Positions 11,330 to 23,579 of a stretch of 35,315 nt of DNA are shown here, one piece after another. The notes beneath the pieces are model-generated. The model was not told the DNA's origin. It made no database searches and saw only the letters and a list, made by a program, of their open reading frames with translations. The first letter of the stretch is position 1. Each line of letters starts with the position of its first letter. The position numbers were made by a program, and so were the translations under genes. The DNA is from Octopus bimaculoides (Eukaryota). The DNA is taken from NCBI RefSeq assembly GCF_001194135.2, contig NC_068983.1, positions 28,506,369-28,541,683 on the forward strand, given 5' to 3'.

Positions 11330-12210
11330 TCATAACAGAAAAGAATATAAAAGAAAATCTGAATTGCTACCTGGAAATGGCTACAGTCGATATGCAGAAA
11401 ATGCAGATAGGAATTATATACTGTGTACCCAATGTAAACTACAGGTGCACAAGAGATGCAGTGGAATTGAAAGCATGTTGACAGAAAAGTAGGATTTTAT
11501 ATGTAACAGATATACAGGAATAGTTAACAGCAAATGCAACCATGGACTGAATTCGTTGAAATTCCTAGAAAGGCAGTTGACAGTTACTTGTTATTTAAGT
11601 GAAGTAATGAATAGTAAATGTGGGTGCTTCGAAACATAGCATCCAGAATAGGAATGGGCTGAAAGAGTTTACTTTTCAGTCAACATGTTTTTGATCCCAT
11701 TGTATCTCTTGTGCACCCGTGGTTTACATTGGGAACACAATATAGAATATCTATCTGCATCAATTAACAGTCAAAGGGGAATTCTTTCTCTGAGTGAAAA
11801 GTAGTTGTATGATGCTTGTGTGTAGAGTGTGATATTAGTGTTAAGTTGAATTCAGAAGATGTCTGAAGGCTAAAAAGAAACACAAGAAACATGAATCACT
11901 GAGGTTATGGAATGTTAGTGAGCATGGATACCAGACCCCAAATAAGCTGAGTCAAACGGAGCATAAGAGAAATCTGCTTTAGTGTGCAAGAGAAAGGACC
12001 ATGCTGAGACGGACATGTGATGTGTATGAAACATGAAAGGGGTATAAAAATGTTACTGAGCACTCCAAGTGGCAGCAACCTGTGGAGAAAGAGGAAATGA
12101 TTAGACATGGAAGCAAATGGTAAAGGCTGATCCTAGGGTGTTGAACCTCACAGATAAGATGATTTGTTCAACCTATGCAAACATATGAAAGAAGATGCAA
12201 AACGATGATG
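11330..12210 (+). mobile_element. Degenerate RTE-clade LINE, 3' part
   Basis: RNYILCTQCKLQVHKRCSGIESMLTEK*DFICNRYTG (~11409-11520), followed by decayed RT C-terminal sequence and a 3' tail ..caacctatgcaaacatatgaaagaagatgcaaaacgatgatg. Confidence 0.75.
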
Positions 12211-12411
12211 GTAGCTATACTGGTACAGGTGTGTGATGTGTTAGATAATAAGAATGATAAAATAATAAAAACAAAAAAAGTACCAAGTGATCCAAGCGAG
12301 ATTAGCCTATGAAAGAGTAGAAAGGAAGAAAATGTAAGAACTGAAGGTTGATCTTAGGATTTTGAACCACCGAAATGAGAAAACTTAAGCGAGGAAATAT
12401 GGAGAAATAGA

Positions 12412-12457
<46 letters not shown>

Positions 12458-12490
12458 GGAGGAGGAGGAGGAGGAGGAGGAGGAGGAGGA
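12412..12490. repeat. Compound (GAT)n-(GAG)n microsatellite
   Basis: Direct inspection. Confidence 0.95.
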
Positions 12491-13920
12491 CAGTAACTAT
12501 AATAAAGATGCTAGGGATAATGCCACCAATGTCATTAAAGAGGATTAATGATGAGTGATGGAATTAAAAAAATAACTTGCCAAATCACCACCAACTGTTG
12601 CAAACAAGTATGGTATGGGGGCACATGATCATTAATTGTTTTAGGCAAATATGTGATCAGACACATACATCCAGTGCATCCCTACCACACACATACACAC
12701 CCAGGCCCTCCTAACTTTGACTCGTTGAGACATCCAAATGTGTCAGTTGGAGAGAGAAGACAGAAGTGTCTCAGAACTCAATAACTAAGTCTGTACATAT
12801 TGCAGCTGAATAAACTGGACCAACATGAAATGAAGTGCCTTGCTCAAACACATCATACCCCATCTAATCCAGAAATTGATCCCATAATTTCATAATCCTG
12901 AGTTCAACATTGTAACCTTTAGGTCACATATAATAAGTTTGTCTTGTTTTGGGATGATATTCTTCAGAAGCTATAAAATGTAACAATAGGCTTATAAATT
13001 TCTTATTCTACTACAAACAACTTCAACAGGATTTAGCCCTTTATAGATAATGAAAGCAAAGACAAAATATAAACCAAAATAAAGATACATATAATGCCAA
13101 CACATTAGGTTTACAGCACAATTTAAAGAATTTTCAGAGATACAATAAACCATTAGCAATAAATTTACTTTTTGCTTTTGTTTTTTTTTTATTTATCGTT
13201 GTGAATTTTTATATGTGTATAGTTGGTATGAGAGAAAATGATGAATATAGCTGGTTCCTTAAAATATCTTTAATTGAACTAATTAATGGAAAGAAAACTG
13301 ATGAGAAGCAATGCACGATTTTTTTCTCCTGTAATTTTTATAGCAAATATGTGCAGACACAGATATACACAAATACACACATCTAAATGAATGCATATAT
13401 AGAGACATAAATGTACATATATACATCTATGCACAGAGACCTATATGCACACACACACATATATATAGAGAAAGAGAGAAAGAGAGAGAAAAAGACAGAG
13501 ATGTATGTATAAACATACATATATATATAAACATATATATATATATATATATACATGTGTGTGTGTGTGTATATATATATANNNNNNNNNNNNNNNNNNN
13601 NNNNNNNNNNNNNNNNNNNNNNNNNNNNNNNNNNNNNNNNNNNNNNNNNNNNNNNNNNNNNNNNNNNNNNNNNNNNNNNNNNNNNNNNNNNNNNNNNNNN
13701 NNNNNNNNNNNNNNNNNNNNNNNNNNNNNNNNNACATATATATATATATATATATATATATCTTGATTGTCCATTCGTTAAAAGCAGCAGCTTTTTGAAG
13801 AATAAAGTCACTGGGTTTGGTTTCTATTAGTAACTCATTCATTAGCCATAATTTGCTTCAGTAAATAGTGAAAACAAAAACTGTTAAAAATGCAAAAAAT
13901 GCAAAAATGCACTATATATA

Positions 13921-13935
13921 TATAGGTAGATAGAT

Positions 13936-14004
<69 letters not shown>

Positions 14005-14090
14005 CAGATAGATAGATAGACAGATAGATTGATAGGTAGATAGATAGATAGATGTTATTATGTATGTATGTATGTATGTATGTATGTATG
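13921..14090. repeat. (GATA)n followed by (GTAT)n tetranucleotide microsatellite
   Basis: Direct inspection. Confidence 0.95.
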
Positions 14091-14454
14091 TGAATTTCTT
14101 ACACAAAATTTTGACAAAAAATTATGACAACGGATATGTATTAGATGATATCATAAATAAAGGAAAAGTGTGGAAATAGATTTTATTGAATATTTTAGAA
14201 ATTTTATTTTGTTCATATATAGCTGTGCATAGGTATGTGTGTTCCTGTGCACACATGTAACAGAAATAAAGAGTGAAAAGAAAAACATTGCAGGCATTAT
14301 GTGTGTTAGCGTGTGTATGAGGCAGAGAGAAATATTAGCGTGCTTGAGATGAGGCAGTGGGGTGGGAAAGATAAAATGCGTTTGCTTATAAGACATTCTC
14401 TCGTAGAAAAGTGGGAAGGAACATTAGATTATATGATCTTAGGTACACTATTTC

Positions 14455-14644
14455 TGACAAAAAAGATGGGAACAGACAAAGGGATTAAGTCGATTACATC
14501 GACCCCAGTACGTAACTGGTACTTAATTTATCGACCCCGAAAGGATGAAAGGCAAAGTCGACCTCGGAGGAATTTGAACTCAGAACGTAATGGCAGACAA
14601 AATACTTCTAAGCATTCCACCCGGCGTGCTAACGTTTCTGCCAG
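14455..14644 (-). mobile_element. SINE family B, well preserved
   Basis: Reverse complement reads ctggcagaaacgttagcacgccggg..ttctgagttcaaattcctccgaggtcgactttgcctttcatcctttcggggtcgataaattaagtaccagtt. Confidence 0.9.
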
Positions 14645-16369
14645 ATACACACTTTTGAATGTATGCATTGACAGTTCAACCAACACACCAACTCAAATAT
14701 CAGGAATTCTCTTAACTCTAAAAGTCTAGTTGCTTTGCTAGCGACCAGCTTGAACTATCTTAAGAAGAACTTAAATAAAACCCAAAGAAAAGTCATTCAT
14801 ATGTACGTATCATACATATATACATACATTTTTTCATACAAATGTGTATCAGAATAAATACATCACGGTGGTGCACCAGCATGACCGCAGCCACTTGGCT
14901 GAAACACATAAATAAATAAATAAATTAAGCATCTGCACGTGCACTGACTCCAAATAACTGCACATACACACACATATATGCATAACAACCCTACTACCTT
15001 GTTGAAATTACAAAGAGATTTTGATCTAAGTTAGAAATTGGTTCTTTCTCTATTGGCAAGAAATCTAGAAATATAACTAAATAACACACACACGTTATTT
15101 CTATTATAATACTTAGATATAAAATGTCATGTGATAAGTGAGTTCTTTCTCATATCTAAATGAGATATCACATTGCAATCTCAATAGAGTTTTGATATCC
15201 TGAGTTATAATCATGATCAATATTTTCTTGCATTGTTCATGACCACAAGGAAGCCCTGTATAAGGTCATAAACACTGCCATATCACCTGACTGAATGATA
15301 CAAAAATAACATATTTTAGATTAATGCAACATTTTCTGCATACTTTATAAATATATCAAACTATCTATTAAATACACAGTATATATTGTAAACAGCAATG
15401 TTAAAAGTTCCCCCATCATGTTTTAGCACATTCTGTGTGAAATTAATATCTGAATCTTATCTGCCATAGCCTAAAACTTAGATTAATCTGCTGTATTTAT
15501 GTAGCTATTTTCCAAACAAATCTACTCCATTCTATCCTCTGGTAAAATATTTTTCTTTAAAATACATTCTGTTATAATATTTCAAGTTTTATCAAAATTT
15601 TAGATTTTCATAAAGTTATGAATTGAAGAAAAATTCATTGTAGTTTTCTTTTGCTTTTTTTTTTTCTAATGTATAGGGTGGTCCGAAAGTCTTGTCCCCC
15701 CACCACCACCACCACCTACCGAAAAGTAATAAGAACAATAGTGGGGCAATATAATAATATCAAACACATGTGCTGGTTTTAGTATATTCACTTTCGTAAA
15801 AATTTTGAAAAACACCTGATATATATTGTATGAACTAAAACAATTTTCCTACAGACAGCCCAACTACATGCATCAACATGCACTTGTTAATGGTAATAAA
15901 TATAAGAAAAAAGTACTCAGTACCAGATATAGAGTATAAACAATCCAATTCAGTCTGTTAAACCAAATTAGCTAAAACTATCAATTTCAAGAAGCCATAA
16001 CTGAGTGTATCTTCAATCTGATTTGGGCCCATATACACACTTCTCAGAAATGATTTGCACTTGCTTACTTCCTTTCTGACATTAGCCTCCAAGCTGCTTC
16101 TGCCTTAAGTATCCATAATCTTTTATTTTTTCCACTATATAGTTTGACAAAGGTTCATTTCATTGATACATTGATAGTTCTTTCTTTCCTTCACAGAGTA
16201 ACGCATTGATTATATTCTTCAGTTCATTTGTATGAGTGTGTTTTCCCTGTCGTTTTTCTCCTATAATTTACCTGGATAGATGTTTGTATGTACACACACA
16301 TAAACACAAACCTGACTTTCTTTAGTCTTCTTTCACTCTGTCCTGTATATATATATATATATTTTTAGG

Positions 16370-16634
16370 CGGGCTATTTAAGCTAGTCGTGTACATAAGT
16401 GCATATATATGTGTGTATACGTCCGTATATGTAAGTATACTGTTTATATACATATATTTGTATTTATGTGCTTGAGTATATTCCACCGATGAAGGCAAAG
16501 CATTATTAATGCAAAGCCAGAAATCCGGGATCTGGAATTATCTTGTTTTTTTACTGGTCTATTTTGTCTTCGTCTTCGCTCCTTGTGCTATGTGGACATT
16601 TATTGTGGTTTAGAGTCAGGAGTTGACTGCTATT
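16370..16634 (+). mobile_element. Probable Penelope-like element terminal repeat (pLTR) fragment
   Basis: Inferred from the embedded minimal type I hammerhead with palindromic stem III and a T-rich downstream segment; truncated by the gap. No RT or GIY-YIG sequence is visible. Confidence 0.55.
16480..16538 (+). ncRNA. Type I hammerhead ribozyme fold, variant core
   Basis: Stem I ATTCCA (16480-85) / TGGAAT (16533-38). Core CCGATGA (16486-92, U4C variant). Stem II GGC/GCC plus inner GCATT/AATGC. GAAA at 16520-23. Stem III ATC/GAT (ATCCGGGAT). NUH triplet ATC at 16530-32. Confidence 0.7.
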
Positions 16635-16942
16635 NNNNNNNNNNNNNNNNNNNNNNNNNNNNNNNNNNNNNNNNNNNNNNNNNNNNNNNNNNNNNNNNNN
16701 NNNNNNNNNNNNNNNNNNNNNNNNNNNNNNNNNNNNNNNNNNNNNNNNNNNNNNNNNNNNNNNNNNNNNNNNNNNNNNNNNNNNNNNNNNNNNNNNNNNN
16801 NNNNNNNNNNNNNNNNNNNNNNNNNNNNNNNNNNNNNNNNNNNNNNNNNNNNNNNNNNNNNNNNNNNNNNNNNNNNNNNNNNNNNNNNNNNNNNNNNNNN
16901 NNNNNNNNNNNNNNNNNNNNNNNNNNNNNNNNNNNNNNNNNN

Positions 16943-16988
<46 letters not shown>

Positions 16989-16989
16989 C

Positions 16990-17323
16990 ACACAGGAGCG
17001 TGATCGTTTCCAGCTTTGCCTTACTGGCACTTGCGCCGGTGGCATGTGAACAAAACATTGGACTGACTCTTGTGCAGATGGCACATAAAAAAACACTATT
17101 TGAGCATGGCCGTTGCTAGTACCGCCAGACTGGCCCGCATGCCGGTGGCACATAAAAGCACCCACAACACTCTCAGAGTGGTTCGCATTAGGAAGGGCCT
17201 CCAGCTGTAGAAACTCTGCCAAATCAGACTGAAGTCTGATGTAGCCATCTGCTTCGCCAGTTCCCAGTCAAATCGCCCAACCCATGCTAGCATGGAAAGT
17301 GGACGTTAAATGACGATGATGAT
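16990..17323 (+). mobile_element. SINE family C with internal tandem units and an RTE-like 3' tail
   Basis: Three gccggtggcac.taaaa.cac-type units, then ..ggaagggc.tccagctgtagaaac..caacccatgctagcatggaaagtggacgttaaa(tga)n. Confidence 0.85.
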
Positions 17324-18900
17324 ATTGGCTTACTGACCAAGAGATGTTCAAACTGGGCATCAACCACACCAATTTCTCCCATATTGCAAGGGTCAGCAAA
17401 TGTCACAACCCCTTCCCTTCCTCCCCTTTGGCTGTCTTATCAATGAGCTAATAAGGAAACTCCTATGCAGTAATTTGACTAACTAGAAATTACATGTCAT
17501 AGTATTCCAACATGAACTGCCAGTTTTGCTTCAGAAACACACTTTGTAACTTCTTTGTCAGGAGGAATAAGAACGTGATTTGCAAAAGATTTGGCTGCTA
17601 TTTCTTGCAAGTTAAACAACTGTGTCCAGGCAGCTCCTTTATTGGCCTGAGTGAGAGAATAATCAGCTCATGTTAGAAGTTAATCCAGAGGAAATGCTAA
17701 TGGAAATTTGAAACATCTCTGATGTGTAAATTTCAGGAACTTATTTTTCTTTAGTGGAAAGGAAGGAAATGGAATTTGCATTTATGTTCCTTTCTTCTTC
17801 TGTTTCTTCTTTTTTTTTTTTCTTTACAGTGTTGTATATAATTAGTATCTTGTAGTTGCTGTATTCTCTGTTTTAATTTGATGGAATTACTTCTAGAAAA
17901 CAACGAAAAGTATCAACAAATGGAAGTTTGCATTGATTTTTAGATTACAACTAAGATTAACGATTGTATTTAGAAACATTTTGAAGAAATTGAATGAAAT
18001 AAGAAACAGATAAATAAAACTGCTGAAAAGATGCAACAACAATATTTTAATTGAAGACAAAAGAATTTTAAAAAGAGATTTGTATAATACAATTGATACT
18101 AAGTATTATGAATAAGACAATTAAATCAATCTTTCATTAAAACTATTTTTTTATATATATAGATTAACATTATTTCAGTTAAAGACTTCAATGAACCTGA
18201 AATAATCACCTATGCTTATAGTGAATTAGTTGGTTGAAAACTTGGTTTATTAAGAAAACTAAAGCCATGGAAGAAAACGGGAAAAAATGAAATTAGTTTA
18301 AAAGCGAAAGACAGTGAAGTAAAATGTGTAATTATTTCCTTATTCAGTAGAACATAACAAATTTATTCATCAATTAACAATAAACTCCTTTTCTTTTTTT
18401 ATGATATTTTATTTATATTGTATATGAGTAACAGCGAATCTGAAATCTCTTCTGAGCCCATAAAATAAAATGAACCCAATGAATAATGTCAAGGGATTCA
18501 TACAATTCTGTATTTCTGAGATGAGGAATTTTATATAATGTATTAGTTGGAGTGTTGACCTCATCAAGATGAAAGTACCACTCTGACTAATATGTATTAT
18601 CTAGGGATTTATAGACTATCTTTTGATTTGTTATTTAGTGGTTTATCAGTAAAGCGTAAATATCACAAACCATCATGTCCTATCACTCTTTCCTTCTCTG
18701 TCTCTCTCAATAGTTACTCTTCCTTCTACTACTCACTGGTTCTGGCTCACCTCCATGTCAATAACATGGGTAGAAAGGAACAATCACACAGAGGCAATAG
18801 AAGGAAGTAATGACTGTTTTATTTTGCCATGGGTAAGACAACCTTTCTGAAGCCATTCAGCAAACAAGCAGAAACAAATATGGGATAAAGATAAATATAT

Positions 18901-18962
18901 AAGGCTGAAACGTTAGCATGCCGGGCGAAATGCTTAGCGGTATTTGCTCTGCTGTTACGTTC
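18901..18962 (+). mobile_element. SINE family B head only
   Basis: gaaacgttagcatgccgggcgaaatgcttagcggtattt matches 27269-27310. Confidence 0.75.
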
Positions 18963-20139
18963 AGGCCATGCTACTCCAGACTGATTTCGAGCAAAGACTC
19001 AGAAACTAGTCTCTGGATGCAAGCTTAGCTGGGTGGAGGTGCTTGTCTCCCCCTTGTAAACATAAGGACACAGGAAATGTGTCAAGGCTGACAGGAAGTG
19101 GTGCTGCTTCCTAGGGCTAAATAGCAGTAGTATTATTCCCTTCATGGGACTATCACATTAAGTTGACAGCATTCAACTACTTTAAAAAATGATGATTTGC
19201 TTTAATTATATATTATTCTACTAAATTGAGTTATTGCAATGAGACAGAGCCAATGGGGTATTCAGGTTTTTTAGGTCACTGAGTACAAGTGGTAGCCATT
19301 TCATTTTAGAACTTCGCATTGAAGTATGGCCATGAAGAATTTCAAGAAGAATGAAGTTATGCAATGGGGAAAATATATGACACAAATAGTTAATAGACTT
19401 AATGGAAAAATGTGATTAATTATTTCAAGTATCTTTAAATGGTGAGTGATAAAAATTCAGATGTTCAGAGGAGTAGATGACATTGCAGTAAGTAATGCAA
19501 TTGAAGTTCTAAGTTTTACCATGAGACTATATCAATGTGGTTGATATGAGATCATGACAGGAAGTAAATTGAATTTAGAGCCAATATTCTGATTATTTTG
19601 ATCACAAAAATAAAAAGAAATAAACATAATATTTACAATAGATTCAGAATCAATATTTACAATTATGAATATGCACTGTGTTCACCATTGCCAAACAAGT
19701 ATGCATTGCTCAATGTAAACATCAGTAAGAAATGTGTATGTTTTCTGTTATGCTGAATAGAGAGAAAATAATAACAGTATAAAATCAGAGATATCTTTGA
19801 TAAGAAAAGATTTCGTGATAGCACAAATCTACAAAAAGATCAGCTTATGAATACAGACAAAAATACAAACTGTTACAAGTAAAATCTTTCCACTTTTAAA
19901 TTTTCTGATTCTTACATTATGATATTTTTTCTGTAAAATCAATGCAAAACAAAAAACTAACTTCTTCCAGTCTTCATTTGTCATGTATATATTGTGTATA
20001 TCAGTTATGGAACAAAATATAACAGTCTGGTAGAATTCCTTTTAAATTAATTTTATAGTCAAGATTATTATTTCCTATATAACCATTATAATCATTTTTA
20101 CTAATATCATCAACATCACTATAAATATTACTAATGCTG

Positions 20140-20143
20140 CTGC

Positions 20144-20204
<61 letters not shown>

Positions 20205-20417
20205 ATTAAGGCAGCAAGCTAGGAGAATTGTTAGCACACCAGTATTTCATGTCTTGATGTTCTGAGTTCAAATGCCAACTTTGCTTTTCATCCTTTCGGG
20301 GTCAATAAATTAAGTACCAGTTACACACTAGCGTTGATGTAATTGACTTAATCCCAAACTTGACGCCTTGTGCTTCCAGTAAAAAGAATTATTATTATTA
20401 TTATTATTATTATTATT
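20140..20417 (+). mobile_element. SINE family B (20207-20390) embedded in (TTA)n/(TTG)n microsatellite
   Basis: ttgcttttcatcctttcggggtcaataaattaagtaccagtt core, with trinucleotide repeats on both sides. Confidence 0.85.
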
Positions 20418-21137
20418 GAGTGAGAGAGCAGTGCATGCCATCAAAATGACATTTCATTTAATTTTTCCACAATTTAATTGTTTTTCATGCTTTACTCCAA
20501 GTTGAAAAAGTCACAAAGACTGAAACCAGTACTAAAATGTCATTCATGATAAAATTATTTTAGCATTTTCTACCTTGTCTTATTNNNNNNNNNNNNNNNN
20601 NNNNNNNNNNNNNNNNNNNNNNNNNNNNNNNNNNNNNNNNNNNNNNNNNNNNNNNNNNNNNNNNNNNNNNNNNNNNNNNNNNNNNNNNNNNNNNNNNNNN
20701 NNNNNNNNNNNNNNNNNNNNNNNNNNNNNNNNNNNNNNNNNNNNNNNNNNNNNNNNNNNNNNNNNNNNNNNNNNNNNNNNNNNNNNNNNNNNNNNNNNNN
20801 NNNNNNNNNNNNNNNNNNNNNNNNNNNNNNNNNNNNNNNNNNNNNNNNNNNNNNNNNNNNNNNNNNNNNNNNNNNNNNNNNNNNNNNNNNNNNNNNNNNN
20901 NNNNNNNNNNNNNNNNNNNNNNNNNNNNNNNNNNNNNNNNNNNNNNNNNNNNNNNNNNNNNNNNNNNNNNNNNNNNNNNNNNNNNNNNNNNNNNNNNNNN
21001 NNNNNNNNNNNNNNNNNNNNNNNNNNNNNNNNNNNNNNNNNNNNNNNNNNNNNNNNNNNNNNNNNNNNNNNNNNNNNNNNNNNNNNNNNNNNNNNNNNNN
21101 NNNNNNNNNNNNNNNNNNNNNNNNNNNNNNNNNNCTG

Positions 21138-21198
21138 GATAACTGAAGAGATGTTGGCATGGGCTCCCACCCTGGCATCCGAAACTCGAAGTTTTATC
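21138..21198 (+). ncRNA. Type I hammerhead ribozyme fold with canonical core
   Basis: Stem I GATAA (21138-42) / TTATC (21194-98). Core CTGAAGA (21143-49). Stem II GATGTTGG/CTGGCATC with G21150-C21180 closing pair. GAAA at 21181-84. Stem III ACT/AGT (ACTCGAAGT). NUH triplet GTT at 21191-93. Confidence 0.8.
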
Positions 21199-21232
21199 AT
21201 GGATACTGAATAAGTGTCACATATTTTTACAG

Positions 21233-21276
<44 letters not shown>

Positions 21277-21640
21277 TTTTACTTCTGTTGTTTCAGCCAG
21301 AGGCCATGGTCATGCTGTGGCTCTGCCATTAGAATGACAGCTTGTTTTTCTTTCATTTAACTTCTACAATCTTCACTCTGTGCTTACTTCTCATTTGTAT
21401 TTCTTGCCATGATATAGGTTTATTTAGAATCTCTTTTTAAAATATGTCTATGTTTTGAACACGTTCACATCTACACTTCATAGCTCTCTGCTTTGCTTTA
21501 AATGTGCATTGTGAGACTCTGCTAAAATACCAAGTCAGCTTTATTAAACATGTTGTTACTGTTTACATATAACGTGATTATTTTCATAAATATCTCTTTT
21601 TACTTAAAATGCTGCTTAGTGGTGGCACCTATTTACTAAC

Positions 21641-21759
21641 TCTTCTTTCTAACAGTCATCATAGAATTTAGCTTTGTTTCTTTTTTAATATTCTCAACTG
21701 CTCCATGATTAGATCTCAAGAAATATAGACATGAAAGAAGTGACAAAGATGAGACTGAC
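21641..21759 (-). CDS. Weak candidate 119-nt exon (xSVSSLSLLSCLYFLRSNHGAVENIKKETKLNSMMTVRKKx)
   Basis: Very strong acceptor tcttttttttttgttacttttctcAG at 21761-21760, donor A|GTTAGT at 21640, one open frame; the phase-1 end is compatible with exon 9343-9383. The peptide is not recognisable. Confidence 0.2.
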
Positions 21760-21919
21760 CTGAGAAAAGTAACAAAAAAAAAAGATTTTTCTTTTTTAAA
21801 AAAAAACATGGCTACAAAGAATTTTTGATTTTGCAAAGGTTTTTACAAAATCCTTTGAAAATAACTATATTAGAATGCAGCCTGAAGGAATAGCAGGATA
21901 AATAATTTCATATTGTTTT

Positions 21920-22445
21920 ATGGAGAAAAGCAAGTTTCCAACATTTAGTGAAGGAGAAGATCATGGAAAAGATTTTGTGATCAAAATGGAGACTTATTTC
22001 AATCTAAACAAAATTAGCAAAGGAGAAATAAAATTAAAACATTTTATCAATGGAACTGATCATAAAATGCTTAGATTTGCAAGTCCTTTGATGATACCAG
22101 AAGATTACTCAAAATGTAAATTTTTTTGGAGCTGTGGAAAATTCAACTACACATTTTGATGAGGAAAGAAATCCTGTGATGTTGAGATAAACTTTTTACA
22201 GTTACTAGCAAAAGAACAAAACGAGCATTGCTTTTTTTTGTTTTTTTGTATTTTTGTTTTTTGCTTTTTTGTTTCCAGCAGAATTAGAACAGAGATTGGT
22301 AAACTGTAGCTTCAGAGAAACAGATTACATGATCAAAAGGAGATTGATTATGGGTACATTTACTAAAATTAACAAGCCATTTTAAAGGCAACAGACCAAA
22401 AATTAGAAAAAAAGTATTGAAAATTGCTTACAGCAGAGTGGAGCC
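21920..22445 (+). pseudogene. Degenerate gag of a second Ty3/Gypsy-type LTR retrotransposon
   Basis: KFPTFSEGEDHGKDFVIKMETYFNLNKI..IKLKHFING, then FDEERNPVMLR*TFYSY*QK and AELEQRLVNCSFRETDYMIKRRLIMG..KKVLKIA. This fits the retrotransposon gag pattern (ER..F..R.Q..E....L..L...C.F.....MIRDRL..G). Confidence 0.7.
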
Positions 22446-23482
22446 TTCAACAGAGCTAAGCCAGGAAACATAGGATGTCAACCATCTATAAGTCGATTCG
22501 ACTAACTACAGCCCTCTGCTCTATACACCAATCTATATAGCCATGTGCAACTATCATGAATTACTATTTTATTAGGACAAGGGTGAGCATATAGTTAGTA
22601 GTAAATCTGAGTGATTTTAAGTCTGCTTCAATATCAGACAATCTTATTTATTTCCCTCAAGACAATTCTTGATAGCTGAGAAATCACTCAGCTCTTTTTT
22701 CATTAATTACTGCACAGTCTGATGCTGAAACCTGTTTGCATAAAGTTCTTCAGAATTTTATTTTGGATTCTCTGTCATTGTTTCCAATTGTTCGTACATT
22801 TATATTTTTACTTTCATGTAACACTACATATGTAATTATCAAAGAGTTTTCATTCTATCAATTCAAACTGGTTTTCATTATCTCTCCAAGTTCTTTTATC
22901 ACATTCACTTACGAAATGGTTGATGGTGTTACAGCGTTAAACCATTTTATGTTAAGTATATTACATTTTATTTATTACCACCTCTAATTGTTTTATTCCA
23001 ATTTCCTATTCTTACACTGATATCATTGAGTTTTTTTTTTAGTTTTCTTCTTTAGATTTGCTTTCTTAACCTCTGATAGCTTTCAAATCATTCTGGCTGT
23101 GAAAGCTGAATAATGTTTTTCGTTGTTTCTGTAATACTATGGTGTTGTTTAGAATTTGCATATTATAATTAGGTGCAGGCATAGCTTAACCATGTGATTT
23201 CAGATTTCAGATTTTCAAGAGCCTCAGGCCAACCAATACATTGTGAGGAGTTTTGGAAGATATAAAGTGCAGGAAGCCTGTCATGTATGTGCATATGTAT
23301 GTGTGTGTGTTTATAGACATATATGTATAGATACATACACACATATATACATAAACACACATCTACACACACGCACACATATATATACAGGGTGTTGCAC
23401 TCACAATCATGAGATTGTGATTTTAATTCCTAGATTGAGTTGCACGTTGTGTTCTTGAGCAAAACACTTCACTTAATGTTGC

Positions 23483-23547
23483 TCTACTACTACTACTATT
23501 ACTACTACTACTACTACTACTACTACAACTACCACCACCATTACTAT

Positions 23548-23579
<32 letters not shown>

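Noticed and set aside
16990-17170. CRISPR-like repeat-spacer array
   Set aside because: The units are degenerate and internal to a SINE in a eukaryotic context; no cas genes and no regular spacing.
17800-18150. Strong + strand acceptor at 17829 with a downstream coding-like stretch
   Set aside because: All frames contain early stops and there is no matching donor; at most an unrecognisable relic.
8517-21242. Long ORFs in the track (e.g. 10070-11137, 16551-17222, 20575-21213)
   Set aside because: They are open only because they run through N gaps and (TA)n or (CA)n repeats.
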